A stretch of 64,000 nt of DNA from an uncultured delta proteobacterium (GCA_963715335.1 CAVQRZ010000001.1:96001-160000); one strand, 5' to 3'; positions 50,767 through 61,893 are shown, counted from the stretch's first letter. Notes: generated from the letters alone by a model not told the origin. Program-made: numbers and translations.

Positions 50767-51230
50767 GAGATATCAACGAACATAAACCCGGTGAAGATCT
50801 GATCATCAAGACCGCGGTGCGGCTGATGGTCCCCTTTGCCCAGCTGTTCGGTCTCTACGTTATCGTTCACGGCCACTACAGCCCGGGCGGCGGGTTCCAG
50901 GGCGGCGTCATCCTCGGGGCCGCATTCATCATGCTCGCCCTGGCTTTTGACATGAAGACCTCCCAGCAATACATGACCATCAGGGTCAATACGGTTTTCA
51001 GCAACCTTGGCGCAGCGATTTTTGTCGGAGTCGGTGCGCTTTGCGCCATCTTCGGCGGGCTGTTTCTCGATTACAGCGCATTGGACAAGCTGATCCCGAT
51101 GGGTCCGGTCGAATGGCGCTCTTTCGGTATCTTCCTGGTTGAAGTCGGCGTCGGCTTTACGGTTATGAGTATCATGGTCCTGCTCTACTGGAACCTCAGT
51201 TCCGGCGGATCGATGGACAAGGGGCTGTAG
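50763..51230 (+). CDS. mrpB: Na+/H+ antiporter subunit B
   Basis: HGHYSPGGGFQGG, EVGVG. Confidence 0.9.
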   Translation: MRDINEHKPGEDLIIKTAVRLMVPFAQLFGLYVIVHGHYSPGGGFQGGVILGAAFIMLALAFDMKTSQQYMTIRVNTVFSNLGAAIFVGVGALCAIFGGLFLDYSALDKLIPMGPVEWRSFGIFLVEVGVGFTVMSIMVLLYWNLSSGGSMDKGL

Positions 51231-51231
51231 G

Positions 51232-51621
51232 ATGGAAGCGTTCCTCGACGAAATCATCGCCAAATATAATTACTGGATTTACGTTGTGCTGATGATGATC
51301 GGCTTCTACGCCATGATCGGCAAACGCAACCTGGTCAAAAAGTTGCTTGGCATGAACATCTTCCAGACGGCCATCATTCTTTTCTTTGTCTCTATCGGCG
51401 TCAAGAAGGGCGGCGGCATTCCGATCGTCGACAAGTACCAGGCCCTGGCGGGTGGCGTCGATGCCGCCACCGTAGTCAATCCGCTGCCGCACGTCCTGAT
51501 GCTGACCGCCATCGTTGTCGGAGTCAGCGTCACCGGCGTGGCCCTGGCCGTCCTGATCCGCATTCACAAGGAGTTCGGCACCCTGGAAGAAGACGAGATC
51601 CTGGAGAAGCTGCGTCGATGA
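51232..51621 (+). CDS. mrpC: Na+/H+ antiporter subunit C
   Basis: NLVKKLLG, NPLPHVLMLTAIVVG. Confidence 0.92.
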   Translation: MEAFLDEIIAKYNYWIYVVLMMIGFYAMIGKRNLVKKLLGMNIFQTAIILFFVSIGVKKGGGIPIVDKYQALAGGVDAATVVNPLPHVLMLTAIVVGVSVTGVALAVLIRIHKEFGTLEEDEILEKLRR

Positions 51622-53108
51622 GTGCTTCCAACCTCCATCTCTTCGTCCTGGTCGTACCGCTGCTCTCGGCTCTGGCCGTCAACCTCTGGGGACGCAACAA
51701 CCGCCAGCTGATCGCACCGCTGGTGCTCGGCTCTCTGGCTTTCTCGGTGTTCGGATCGATCATCGTGATGGCCCGCGTACTCAACCATGGCACGATCAGC
51801 TACACGGTCGGCAACTGGCAGCCGCCCTTCGGCATCGAACTTATTGTCGATCCGTTGAGCGCCATGATGATGGTCCTGATAGCTGTCGTGGCCCTGCTCG
51901 CCTCCTTTTCAGCCCTGAAGAGCGCCGAACAGGAGCTCCCCGGCCGGGAGGCTTTCTTCTTCACCCTCTACCTGATCCTGATCTGCGGCCTGCACGGCCT
52001 GGTGCTGACCGGTGATGCTTTCAACCTTTATGTCCTGCTTGAAATCACTTCGATCACCTCCTATGGCTTGATCGCCATGGGCCGCGGCCGGGCGGCGCTT
52101 TCCAGCTTCAACTACATCATCATGGGTTCGATCGGGGCCTGCTTCTACCTGCTCGGTGTCGGCTACATCTACATTCTCACCGGCACCCTGAACATGGCGG
52201 ACATCGCCCGGATCCTGCCGACCCTCAACGCACCGATCGCCATTACCACATCGATCGCCTTTGTCCTGGTCGGCCTGTTTATCAAGATGGCCTTTTTCCC
52301 GCTGCACGGCTGGCTGCCGAATGCCTACAGCCACGCGCCCACCGGTGCCGGCACCATCGCCGCGCCGTTGATGACCAAGGTGACCATCTACCTGATGATC
52401 CGGGTCATCCTCAACGTTTACACTCCGGCCCTGGTGTTCACCCATGACTGGGTGACCAACGGCCTGATCTGGGCTGCAGCCATCGCCATTGTCTGCGGTT
52501 CGGCGCTGGCCCTCGGCCAAAAAGATCTGCGCCGCATGCTGACCTACATCATCGTCGCCGAAGTCGGCTACATGGTCGGCGGCGTCTTCCTGGCCAACAG
52601 CAACGGCCTCACCGGTGCGATTCTGCACATCGTCAACGACTCCCTGATGACCCTCTGTCTGTTCCTGGTGGTTGCAGCGATCATTTATCGCCAGGGCAGC
52701 GTCTCACTCGTCTCCCTGCAGGGGATCTTCAGGCGCATGCCGATCACCATGGCCGCTTTCACCCTGGGCGCTTTCGCCATGATCGGCGTCCCGCCGACCT
52801 GCGGCTTCTTCAGCAAGTGGTACCTGATCCTCGGCGGGATCGATGGCGGGCACTGGGAATTTGTCATCGCTCTGGTGATCAGCAGCCTGATCAACGTGGT
52901 CCTTTTCTTCAGGATCCTCGAGCTGGCCTATTTCGGCTCCCTGGCGGACGGCGAGCATCACGAGCATAGCATTGCAGAGCGCCACGAGGCGCCCTGGTGG
53001 ATGCTCAAGCCGCTGGTCATCACGGCCGTGCTCCTGGTCGTTGTCGGCTTCAGCACCGGACCACTGATCAATAACATCATCAGCCTGATCATACCGGCAG
53101 GTTTTTAA
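51618..53108 (+). CDS. mrpD: Na+/H+ antiporter subunit D (paralog 1)
   Basis: GNWQPPFGI, DAFNLYVLLEI, KMAFFPLHGWLP, GFFSKW. Confidence 0.9.
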   Translation: MSASNLHLFVLVVPLLSALAVNLWGRNNRQLIAPLVLGSLAFSVFGSIIVMARVLNHGTISYTVGNWQPPFGIELIVDPLSAMMMVLIAVVALLASFSALKSAEQELPGREAFFFTLYLILICGLHGLVLTGDAFNLYVLLEITSITSYGLIAMGRGRAALSSFNYIIMGSIGACFYLLGVGYIYILTGTLNMADIARILPTLNAPIAITTSIAFVLVGLFIKMAFFPLHGWLPNAYSHAPTGAGTIAAPLMTKVTIYLMIRVILNVYTPALVFTHDWVTNGLIWAAAIAIVCGSALALGQKDLRRMLTYIIVAEVGYMVGGVFLANSNGLTGAILHIVNDSLMTLCLFLVVAAIIYRQGSVSLVSLQGIFRRMPITMAAFTLGAFAMIGVPPTCGFFSKWYLILGGIDGGHWEFVIALVISSLINVVLFFRILELAYFGSLADGEHHEHSIAERHEAPWWMLKPLVITAVLLVVVGFSTGPLINNIISLIIPAGF

Positions 53109-53125
53109 GCTGTTTTGAGACTGAT

Positions 53126-54595
53126 ATGACACCGACTCTATCCATCTGGCCAATGATCGCAATCCTGGTCTCCCTGCTGGGAGCCCTGCCGATCATGCTC
53201 TCCGACCGCCGGCCGAACCTGCGGGAAAGCTGGACGATTCTGATCGCGCTGGCCAAGCTCAGCATTGTCGCCTCGCTCCTGCCGGGGGTCCTTAAAGGCG
53301 GCAGCTATATCTTCACTATCGCCCAGGTCCTGCCCGGGGTGCCGATCGAATTGCGCGTCGATGCGCTGGGGATGGTGTTTGCCCTGGTCGCATCCTGTCT
53401 CTGGTTGTTTACCTCGATCTATTCGATCGGTTACATGCGGGCTCTCGATGAGCACGCCCAGACCCGCTATTTCGCCTCCTTTGCCGTGGCCATTTCAGCG
53501 ACTATCGGCATCGCGTTTTCCGCCAACCTGCTGACGATGTACCTCTTCTACGAGGTCTTGTCGCTGTCAACCTATCCGCTGGTCACGCACGAACAGAACG
53601 CGGAAGCGCGCGCCTCGGGACGCAAGTACCTGACCTATATCATCGGCACATCGATCGGCCTGGCCCTGCCGGCCATGATGATGACTTATGCCGCGGCCGG
53701 CACCCTCGACTTCACCCAGGGCGGGATTCTGGCCGGCAAAGCCTCACCGGAGCTTCTGGCCCTGCTGCTGGTGCTGTTCCTGTTCGGGTTCGCCAAGGCC
53801 GGACTGATGCCGTTCCACGGTTGGCTGCCGGCAGCGATGGTGGCGCCGACCCCGGTCAGCTCCTTCCTGCACGGTGTCGCGGTCGTCAAAGCCGGGGTTT
53901 TCGCGATCTTCCGCATCATCTTCCATATCCTCGGCCCGGAGACCCTGCAGTCGGCGGACCTCGGTTCAGTTATTACCTACATCGCTTCGGTGACCCTGCT
54001 GATTGCCTCGATGGTGGCGCTCACCCAGGACAGCATGAAGCGTCGACTGGCCTACTCGACGATCGGCCAGCTCTCCTACATGGTCCTCGGCGCCGGCATG
54101 CTCTCGGCAACCGGCATGCTCGGCGGCATCATGCACCTGGCAATGCACGCCTTCGGCAAGATCACCTTGTTCTTCTGTGCCGGAGCCATTTACGTCGCCA
54201 GCAAGAAAAAATATATCAGCCAGATGGATGGCCTGGGACGGCGTATGCCGATCACTTACCTGGCCTTTTTCCTCGGCTCGCTAAGCATCATCGGCATGCC
54301 TCCGCTGGGCGGCTTCATCAGCAAATGGAAGCTGCTGATCGGTGCCGTCGAGGGGGATCAGATGGTCCTGATCGCCGTACTGGTAATCAGTTCCCTGCTG
54401 AACGCCGCATATTTTTTCCCGATCGTCTACCGTGGTTTCTTTGTGCCTGCCGCGGACGGGCAAGAGGTAGGGTTCAAGGAAGCACCGCTCTTCTGCGTGC
54501 TGCCGCTGTCGTTCACCGCCCTTGCGTCACTGGCCCTGTTTTTCTACCCCGACACCCTGTTGCGGTTGGCGAAACTGGCACTGGGCATCGGCTAG
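53126..54595 (+). CDS. mrpD: Na+/H+ antiporter subunit D (paralog 2)
   Basis: YSIGYM, FYEVLS, KAGLMPFHGWLPAAMVAPTPVSSFLH, KRRLAYST. Confidence 0.9.
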   Translation: MTPTLSIWPMIAILVSLLGALPIMLSDRRPNLRESWTILIALAKLSIVASLLPGVLKGGSYIFTIAQVLPGVPIELRVDALGMVFALVASCLWLFTSIYSIGYMRALDEHAQTRYFASFAVAISATIGIAFSANLLTMYLFYEVLSLSTYPLVTHEQNAEARASGRKYLTYIIGTSIGLALPAMMMTYAAAGTLDFTQGGILAGKASPELLALLLVLFLFGFAKAGLMPFHGWLPAAMVAPTPVSSFLHGVAVVKAGVFAIFRIIFHILGPETLQSADLGSVITYIASVTLLIASMVALTQDSMKRRLAYSTIGQLSYMVLGAGMLSATGMLGGIMHLAMHAFGKITLFFCAGAIYVASKKKYISQMDGLGRRMPITYLAFFLGSLSIIGMPPLGGFISKWKLLIGAVEGDQMVLIAVLVISSLLNAAYFFPIVYRGFFVPAADGQEVGFKEAPLFCVLPLSFTALASLALFFYPDTLLRLAKLALGIG

Positions 54596-54618
54596 GCTGA
54601 AGCTGAAAAGGACCTCGA

Positions 54619-54774
54619 ATGAGTACGCACGAACCGGACCGCAACCACGGTCATGATGAAGATGGCCCGATGATTTTGGCCCACGACGCCGTGGCAGGCT
54701 ACCGGCCGGTCTTCTACATCTGCATTACCCTGGGAATGCTTTATCTGGCCTTCGTCTTCTGGCAGAGCTGGTAA
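54619..54774 (+). CDS. Small single-TM protein within mrp operon (51 aa)
   Basis: MSTHEPDRNHGHDEDGPMILAHDAVAGYRPVFYICITLGMLYLAFVFWQSW*; AAGGA upstream; stop overlaps the RBS of the next gene; below the ORF-track cutoff. Confidence 0.65.
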   Translation: MSTHEPDRNHGHDEDGPMILAHDAVAGYRPVFYICITLGMLYLAFVFWQSW

Positions 54775-54784
54775 GGAGCAACCG

Positions 54785-55055
54785 ATGTCCAAACGCCCGA
54801 TCGATATGAATGAAGAACTGGGGATGTTTGACAAGCCCCAAAATGTCAAGCGCCTGCTTTACGTATTCTACACCTGCGTGGGCCTGCTCTTTGGTGGTTG
54901 ACATTTTCTATCACAAGCACGCGATCTTCGCCTGGGAAGGGTACTTCGCTTTTTACTCGGTATACGGGTTTGTTGCCTGCGTGATCCTGGTGATCGTCGC
55001 CAAGTACGTGCTGAGGCCCATGGTTATGCGCAAAGAGGATTACTATGACGATTAA
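54785..55055 (+). CDS. Small two-TM Mrp-associated protein (~89 aa, +1 frameshift at ~54890)
   Basis: MSKRPIDMNEELGMFDKPQNVKRLL..., continuing in another frame as VVDIFYHKH...FYSVYGFVACV...RKEDYYDD; AAGGAG RBS. Confidence 0.75.
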
Positions 55056-56825
55056 CGCCCTGCCGCCTGCACTGATCCTGATCCTCGGAGGGCTTCTGGT
55101 ACCACTCTTCAAAGGGCGTGCCCGTCAGGCTGGCTGTTGCTGCTGCCGATTATCAGCTTCGTCAACCTGCTGCAGATCCCAGACGGCAGCCATTGGGTCT
55201 ATCCGTTCCTCAGCGACCAGGTCGTGTTTGGCCGGGTCGACAAGCTGAGCCTGATCTTCGGCTATATCTTCCACCTTGTTGCTTTCCTCTCGGCACTCTA
55301 CGCTCTGCATGTCGACGACACGGTTCAGAACATCGCCGGCACAGTCTACGCCGGCGCAGCCATCGGCGCAGTTTTTGCCGGCGATCTTTTGACGTTGTTC
55401 GTCTTCTGGGAGCTGCTAACCATCAGCGCGACCTTCCTGATCCTGGCCCGGCGCACCGAGCGAGCACTCGGCGCCGGCTTCCGCTACTTCATGGTGCATG
55501 TCGCCGGCGGCCTCTGCCTGCTGGCCGGCAGCGTTCTGCATTTTCACAAGACCGGCTCTGCGGCATTCGACCTGGTCGGACTGAACGGGCCAGCCTCCTG
55601 GCTGATGTTCATCGGCATCGGCGTCAACTGCGCCTGGCCACTGCTCCACCCCTGGTTGACCGACGCCTATCCCGAAGCGACTATCACCGGCACCATTTTC
55701 CTCTCGGCGTTCACCACCAAGACGGCGATCTACGCGCTGGCCCGGGCCTTCCCCGGCACCGAGGAGCTGATCTTCATCGGCGCAGCCATGGCCGCCTTCC
55801 CGATCTTCTACGCGGTCATCGAGAACGACCTGCGACGGGTGCTCGCCTACAGCCTGATCAACCAGGTCGGCTTCATGGTGGTCGGCATCGGCATCGGCAC
55901 CGCCCTCTCTATCAACGGCGCCATCGCCCACGCCTTCAACGACATCCTCTTCAAGGGGCTGTTGTTCATGACCATGGGAGCGGTCATGTACCGTACCGGC
56001 AAGATCAACGCCACCGATCTTGGCGGGCTCTACAAATCGATGCCCTGGACCTGCGCCTTCTGTATCGTCGGTGCCGCTTCGATCTCGGCCTTCCCGCTCT
56101 TCTCCGGTTTCGTCAGCAAATCGATGGTCATGGAAGCGGCCGCCCACGGCGACATGCGCTGGGTCTGGTTCATCCTGCTGTTCGCCTCGGCCGGCGTGTT
56201 CCACCACGCCGGCATCAAGATCCCGTTCTTCGCCTTCTTCTCGCACGACTCCGGCATTCGCTGCAAAGAGGCACCGCCGCACATGCTGCTGGCGATGGGC
56301 ATCTCGGCCGTGCTCTGCATCCTGATCGGCTCCTTCCCGCAATACCTCTACAGCCTGCTGCCCTACGCCGTTGACTACCAGCCGTACACGGTCAGCCACG
56401 TTCTGGCGCAGACCCAACTGCTGTTCTTCTCGGCACTGGCCTTCACCCTGTTGCTGCTGGCCGGCATCTACCCGCCGGAGATCCGCTCGATCAACGTCGA
56501 TGCCGACTGGATCTACCGCAAGGGTTGCCGCCAGATCTACCGCCTCTGCCAGTGGGCCTTCGACGGCATCAACGACTGGGCCAACCGGACCTTCGCCCAA
56601 CAGTTACCGAAACTGCTGGGCCACTTCTTCGAAGAACCGGGCGGCAACCTCCAACGCTACGGCTACCGGCTCTGGGTAGAGTCCAGCGGGATGACGGATA
56701 ATCGCGACAAAGTCGATCAGGACATTGACCGGCGCAGCCGCAGTGCAGCCTACCCGGTCGGCTTAAGCGTCCTGCTTGCCGTCGTCATTCTCACCCTGGT
56801 GTCCACGATCCTTTACCTGCACTAG
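55045..56825 (+). CDS. mrpD: Na+/H+ antiporter subunit D/A-like (paralog 3; -1 frameshift at ~55130)
   Basis: MTINALPPALIL... joins LLLPIISF...; FWELL, LHPWLTDAYPEA, SAFTTKTA, RRVLAYS, HAFNDILFKGLLF. Confidence 0.85.
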
Positions 56826-56869
56826 GGCACCCTCACGGGCTGCTTCTGCCACTGCGACGGCAGGCATTC

Positions 56870-58003
56870 ATGGTCGGTCTTTATCTGCATATCCCTTTTT
56901 GTCATCGCAAGTGCGTTTACTGCGATTTCTATTCGGTCGAAGCCGTCACGGCAGCACTGCAGGGCTATCCCGAACTACTCATCAGGCAGCTTGAGCGAAC
57001 CAGCGGACAAGGCCGCTGGCAACACCCCTTCGACACCATCTATTTTGGCGGTGGAACCCCGTCATTGCTTTCCCCGCAATCGATCGATGCAATCCTGCAG
57101 GCAATCAGCCGCCATTACTCCCTGGCGAGCGATATCGAAATCTCCCTGGAAGCAAATCCGGGGACGGTCACCATCGACAGCCTGAGTGGCTATCGCAGCG
57201 CCGGCATCAACCGCCTCTCGCTGGGACTGCAGAGCTGCAATGACCGACTGCTGAAAGTCCTCGGCCGGTTGCATGACCGTCGCCAGGGGCTGCAGAGCTT
57301 CGAATTAGCACGACAGGCCGGTTTTGACAACATCTCCCTGGACCTGATGTTTGCCTTACCGGGCCAGACCCGTGACGATCTTGAAGAGGACCTGCAGACT
57401 TATCTCGAACTGGCCCCGGAACATTTTTCATGTTACGGCCTGACGAGCGAGCCGGGAACACCTCTGCACGCAATGGTCGCCTCCGGAGCCCTGGCCCTGC
57501 CGAGTGAGGATTTCTATGCCGATGCGTTCCTGCGCATCCATGACCGGCTGAGTGCTGCCGGCTACATGCATTATGAAATCGCCAATTATGCCCGCGACGA
57601 CTTCGAGTGCCGACACAATGCCGGCTACTGGAAGCGTTTCCCCTGCCTCGGGATAGGTGCCGGGGCACACTCTTTCCTGAACGACGGCTGGGGCAGCCGG
57701 TGGGAAGTTGCCGGAGACCTGCAGACTTACCGTCAGGCACTGCAAACCGGCCAGGAACCGATGACGTGCCTCGAAACCTTCGATCGTGAATCCGCTTTGT
57801 GCGAGACCATCTACCTGGCGTTGCGCACCCGGCGCGGCATTGCCGACGCCGAGCTGCAACAACGTTTCGGCTGCACTCTGGCAGAGCAATTTCCGGAGGC
57901 GATCGAAGCCACTGGAGAATGGCTGAAAAATGATGCCGGCCGCTGGTTCCTGACCCCGTCCGGCTGGCTCCTTTTCGACCACCTGATTCTGAATTTCCTT
58001 TAA
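56870..58003 (+). CDS. hemW: Radical SAM heme chaperone HemW (HemN-like)
   Basis: LYLHIPFCHRKCVYCDF, YFGGGTPS, EANP, YEIANY, HNAGYW; upstream of hrcA. Confidence 0.9.
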   Translation: MVGLYLHIPFCHRKCVYCDFYSVEAVTAALQGYPELLIRQLERTSGQGRWQHPFDTIYFGGGTPSLLSPQSIDAILQAISRHYSLASDIEISLEANPGTVTIDSLSGYRSAGINRLSLGLQSCNDRLLKVLGRLHDRRQGLQSFELARQAGFDNISLDLMFALPGQTRDDLEEDLQTYLELAPEHFSCYGLTSEPGTPLHAMVASGALALPSEDFYADAFLRIHDRLSAAGYMHYEIANYARDDFECRHNAGYWKRFPCLGIGAGAHSFLNDGWGSRWEVAGDLQTYRQALQTGQEPMTCLETFDRESALCETIYLALRTRRGIADAELQQRFGCTLAEQFPEAIEATGEWLKNDAGRWFLTPSGWLLFDHLILNFL

Positions 58004-58036
58004 AACTCAAACCCCGATAAAAACTCTTCGCGTACC

Positions 58037-58065
58037 TTGACAAAGCCTATATGCGTTGTTATCTT
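58037..58065 (+). promoter_or_regulatory. Sigma70-type promoter of hrcA operon
   Basis: TTGACA (58037), 17-nt spacer, TATCTT (58060). Confidence 0.7.
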
Positions 58066-58075
58066 GGCCTTGCTT

Positions 58076-58102
58076 TTGGCACTCTGGGAAAGCGAGTGCT
58101 AA
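58076..58102 (+). promoter_or_regulatory. CIRCE element (HrcA operator)
   Basis: TTGGCACTC-N9-GAGTGCTAA; one mismatch to consensus TTAGCACTC-N9-GAGTGCTAA; directly upstream of hrcA. Confidence 0.95.
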
Positions 58103-58154
58103 GTTGATTCGCAGGCCGGTTTAACCGGCTTGAGTTTTTTGCACGGAGCATATT

Positions 58155-59195
58155 ATGGCCAAGGCCCTGACTGATCGCTGCCAGCAGATTTTGGAGGCGA
58201 TTATTGAAGAATACATCGCGACTGCTCAGCCGGTCGGCTCCAAGGCGTTGACGCAGAATCACGGCATCAAGCTTTCATCGGCGTCGGTGCGCAATGTCAT
58301 GGCCGAACTGGAAGACCTCGGCTACCTCGCGTCGCCCCACACCTCGGCTGGCCGCATCCCCACAGAAAAAGGGTATCGCTTTTATGTGGACACTCTGCTG
58401 CGCGTCAGCGATCTGGACGCCCGGCAGAAGGACCAGATCGAGATAAAATACCGGCAGCACGGCCTGCAGATGACCGACATGCTGCGTGAGGCCAGCCGCA
58501 CCCTGTCTTCTTACTCACATCTCACCGGGTTGGTGATGATCCCGCGTCTCAGAGCCACGGTTTTCCGGCATATCGAGTTTGTCAAACTCTCTGCCCGGCA
58601 GGTGCTGGTGGTTTTCGTTACCCAGTCCGGCCTGGTCCAGAACAAGCTCGTGGAGATCGACGAGGAACTTACTCACCGTGAGTTGGAACAGATCACAAAT
58701 TACCTGAACCGGACCATGAGCGGCATGAGCATCCAGGAAGTGCGCGCCAGGATCGTTGCCGAAATGGCCCATGAGAAGGCCCTCTACGACCACCTGTTGC
58801 GACGTGCTTTCGCACTTTCCAGCGCCGCCCTTGGCGATGAAGCGAAGGGTGATGTAATCATCGACGGGACCAGTTACTTCCTTGAACAACCTGAATTTTC
58901 CGACCTGCGGCAAATGAAAAACATTGTCCAGGCCTTTGAGCAGAAAAGTATGCTGGTCGATCTGCTCGACCGTGGCACTGACACTGAAGGCGTACAGGTC
59001 ATCATCGGCAGCGAGACCCAATACCACGAACTTTCTGGCTGTAGCCTGATTACCGCAGCCTATTCCGGTAAACGCGGCACCCTCGGCACCCTCGGCGTCA
59101 TCGGCCCGAACCGCATGCACTATTCAACGGTTATTCCGATTGTCGATTACACGGCGAGCCTGATCAGTCGCTTGCTTGATAAAGAAAACGATTAG
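58155..59195 (+). CDS. hrcA: Heat-inducible transcription repressor HrcA
   Basis: PVGSK, SSASVRNVMAELE, PHTSAGRIPT..GYRFYVD, GVIGPNRM. Confidence 0.96.
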   Translation: MAKALTDRCQQILEAIIEEYIATAQPVGSKALTQNHGIKLSSASVRNVMAELEDLGYLASPHTSAGRIPTEKGYRFYVDTLLRVSDLDARQKDQIEIKYRQHGLQMTDMLREASRTLSSYSHLTGLVMIPRLRATVFRHIEFVKLSARQVLVVFVTQSGLVQNKLVEIDEELTHRELEQITNYLNRTMSGMSIQEVRARIVAEMAHEKALYDHLLRRAFALSSAALGDEAKGDVIIDGTSYFLEQPEFSDLRQMKNIVQAFEQKSMLVDLLDRGTDTEGVQVIIGSETQYHELSGCSLITAAYSGKRGTLGTLGVIGPNRMHYSTVIPIVDYTASLISRLLDKEND

Positions 59196-59207
59196 GAGGC
59201 TAACGCC

Positions 59208-59823
59208 TTGGCGAAAAAAAAGCAGCAACCGGCCACAGAGGAGCCGGAAACCATTTCAGAGCAGGTTGAGAAAAGCCCCGGCGAAGTACTTGCCGAGGGC
59301 ACCGAAGAGACGTTTGACCCTCTGCAGGAGCTTGAAAACTCCAGGGCAGAGGCCAGCAAGAACTGGGACCTGTACCTGCGCGAACGGGCCGACCTGGAAA
59401 ATGCCCGCAAGCGCCATCAGCGCGACCGGGAAGAGGCTGTCCGTTTTGCCAACGATCGTCTGCTCAGGGAGATGATCCCGGTGCTCGACAACCTCGAGCG
59501 CGCGGTCGGAGCATGCCGAACAGGGTGTCGACGATAATCAGGGGCTTCTGGAGGGCGTCAACATGACGATCAATCAGTTCCGCAAAGCCCTCGAGGACTT
59601 CGGCGTCAAGCCAATCAAGGCCCTCGGCGAGGACTTCGACCCGAACCTGCACCAGGCCATCGGCCAGATAGAATCGGCGGAGCAGGCTCCGAACACGGTC
59701 CTCAGTGAATTCCAGAAAGGTTACCTGCTGAACGATCGGCTGCTGCGTCCTTCGCTGGTCATGGTTGCCAAGGCCCCGTCCGAAGAGACAAAAGCCCAGG
59801 ACAACGGGACTTCCGGGGAATAG
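59208..59823 (+). CDS. grpE: Nucleotide exchange factor GrpE (+1 frameshift at ~59508)
   Basis: ADLENARKR, LDNLERA, then shifted frame FDPNLHQA..KGYLLNDRLLRPSLV; removing one G restores the frame. Confidence 0.92.
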
Positions 59824-59888
59824 CAACGGCCAGCAGGAGCGTCCGGAAAAACCGACAATAGACCGAATCTTTAAGGAGGATTCTTATC

Positions 59889-61800
59889 ATGAGCAAAGTA
59901 ATTGGCATCGACCTGGGGACGACGAACTCCTGTGTCGCTGTAATGGAAGGCGGCGAGCCGGTGGTTATCGCCAATACCGAAGGGACCCGCACCACGCCGT
60001 CGATGGTGGCTTTCACCGAAAGCGGTGAGCGGCTGGTCGGCCAGCAGGCGAAACGCCAGGCGGTCACCAACCCTGAGAACACACTGTTCGCCATCAAGCG
60101 CCTGATCGGCCGCAAATTTGATTCAGAGGCGGTTAAGAAGGATATTCAGATCAGCCCGTTCAAGATCATCAAGGCCGACAACGGTGATGCCTGGGTTGAG
60201 GTTCGCAACAAGAAATACAGCGCACCGGAAATCTCCGCCATGGTCCTGCAGAAGATGAAGCAGACCGCCGAAGACTATCTTGGCGAAACGGTAACCGATG
60301 CCGTCGTAACCGTCCCGGCCTACTTCAATGACTCCCAGCGTCAGGCCACCAAGGATGCCGGCAAAATCTCCGGCTTGAACGTGCTGCGAATCATCAACGA
60401 GCCGACCGCGGCCGCCCTGGCTTACGGCCTCGACAAGAAGGACGAGGAGAAGATCGCCGTCTTCGACCTCGGCGGTGGCACTTTCGATATCTCCATCCTT
60501 GAGCTTGGCGACGGCGTCTTCGAGGTCAAGTCGACCAACGGTGACACCTTCCTCGGTGGCGAGGACTTCGACCAATTGATCATCGATTACGTGGCTGACG
60601 AGTTCAAGAAAGATCAGGGGATTGACCTACGCAGCGACAAGATGGCGTTGCAGCGTCTCAAGGAAGGCTCTGAAAAAGCCAAGTGCGAGCTGTCTTCCTC
60701 AATGGAAACCGATATCAACCTGCCCTTTATCACCGCCGATGCATCGGGCCCAAAACATCTCAACATCAAGCTGACCCGCGCCAAGCTCGAGAGCATTTGC
60801 GGTAAACTGCTCGACAAACTGACCGGCCCCTGCAAGACCGCTCTCAAGGATGCCGGCCTGTCCGCATCGGATATCGATGACGTTATCCTGGTCGGCGGCA
60901 TGACCCGCATGCCGGCCGTGCAGGAGAAGGTCAGGGAAATCTTTGGCAAGGCCCCCAACAAGGGCGTCAATCCGGATGAAGTGGTTGCCATTGGTGCGGC
61001 CATCCAGGGTGGCGTGCTCAGAGGCGACGTCAAGGACGTGCTGCTGCTCGACGTCACTCCGCTCTCACTGGGCATCGAGACTCTCGGCGGCGTCATGACC
61101 AAGCTGATCGAGAAGAACACGACGATTCCGTGCAAAAAGAGCCAGGTCTTTTCCACTGCGGCGGACAATCAGCCGGCCGTCTCGGTGCATGTCCTGCAGG
61201 GCGAGCGCGAAATGGCCAACGACAACAAGACCATCGGCCGCTTCGAACTGGCCGACATTCCGCCCGCCCCGCGCGGCGTACCACAGGTCGAAGTGACCTT
61301 CGACATCGATGCCAACGGCATCCTCAACGTCGGGGCCAAAGACCTGGGCACCGGCAAAGAGCAGTCGATCCGCATCACCGCCTCATCGGGTCTGTCGGAG
61401 GATGAGATCGAGAAGATGGTCAAGGATGCCGAACTGCATTCATCAGAAGACAAGAAGAAGCGTGAACTGATTGAAACCCGGAATCAAGCGGACAGCCTGG
61501 TTTACACCACCGAAAAGGCCATCAAGGAACATGGCGACAAGGTTGACGAAGAGACCAAGAAAGGGATTGAAAGCGCCCTGGAAGATCTCAAGAAAGCCAT
61601 GGAAAACGACGATCCGGCAGTGATCAAGAGCAAGACTGAAGCTCTCGCCACGGCCTCTCAAAAACTCGGAGAAGTCCTTTACCAGCAGTGCTCAGAGCGA
61701 GGCCGAGACGGGCAAGGCAGGTGATGCTGAAAGCGGCGACCGGAAGAAAGATGATGTCGTCGATGCAGAGTTCGAGGAAGTCGACGACGAAAAAAAATAA
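59889..61800 (+). CDS. dnaK: Chaperone DnaK (+1 frameshift at ~61689; true stop 61800)
   Basis: [24 protein letters not shown]; removing T61689 gives the canonical tail [16 protein letters not shown]. Confidence 0.97.
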
Positions 61801-61803
61801 CCC

Positions 61804-61878
61804 GGTAAAGGATACAGGGCCAAGGGGGCAGGGCGAGGATCTATCGCCCCGCTTACCCTTGGCCTTTGACCTTTCTGC
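61804..61878. repeat. Period-7 inverted array enclosing a REP-like hairpin between dnaK and dnaJ
   Basis: GGTAAAG GATACAG GGCCAAG GGGGCAG / GCTTACC CTTGGCC TTTGACC arms around GGGCGA-GGATCTA-TCGCCC. Confidence 0.65.
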
Positions 61879-61893
61879 CGCAAGGACATTGTT

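Noticed and set aside
59208..61800. grpE/dnaK pseudogenes or programmed frameshifting
   Set aside because: These are core chaperones with otherwise intact sequence and no slippery sites; assembly indels are more parsimonious.
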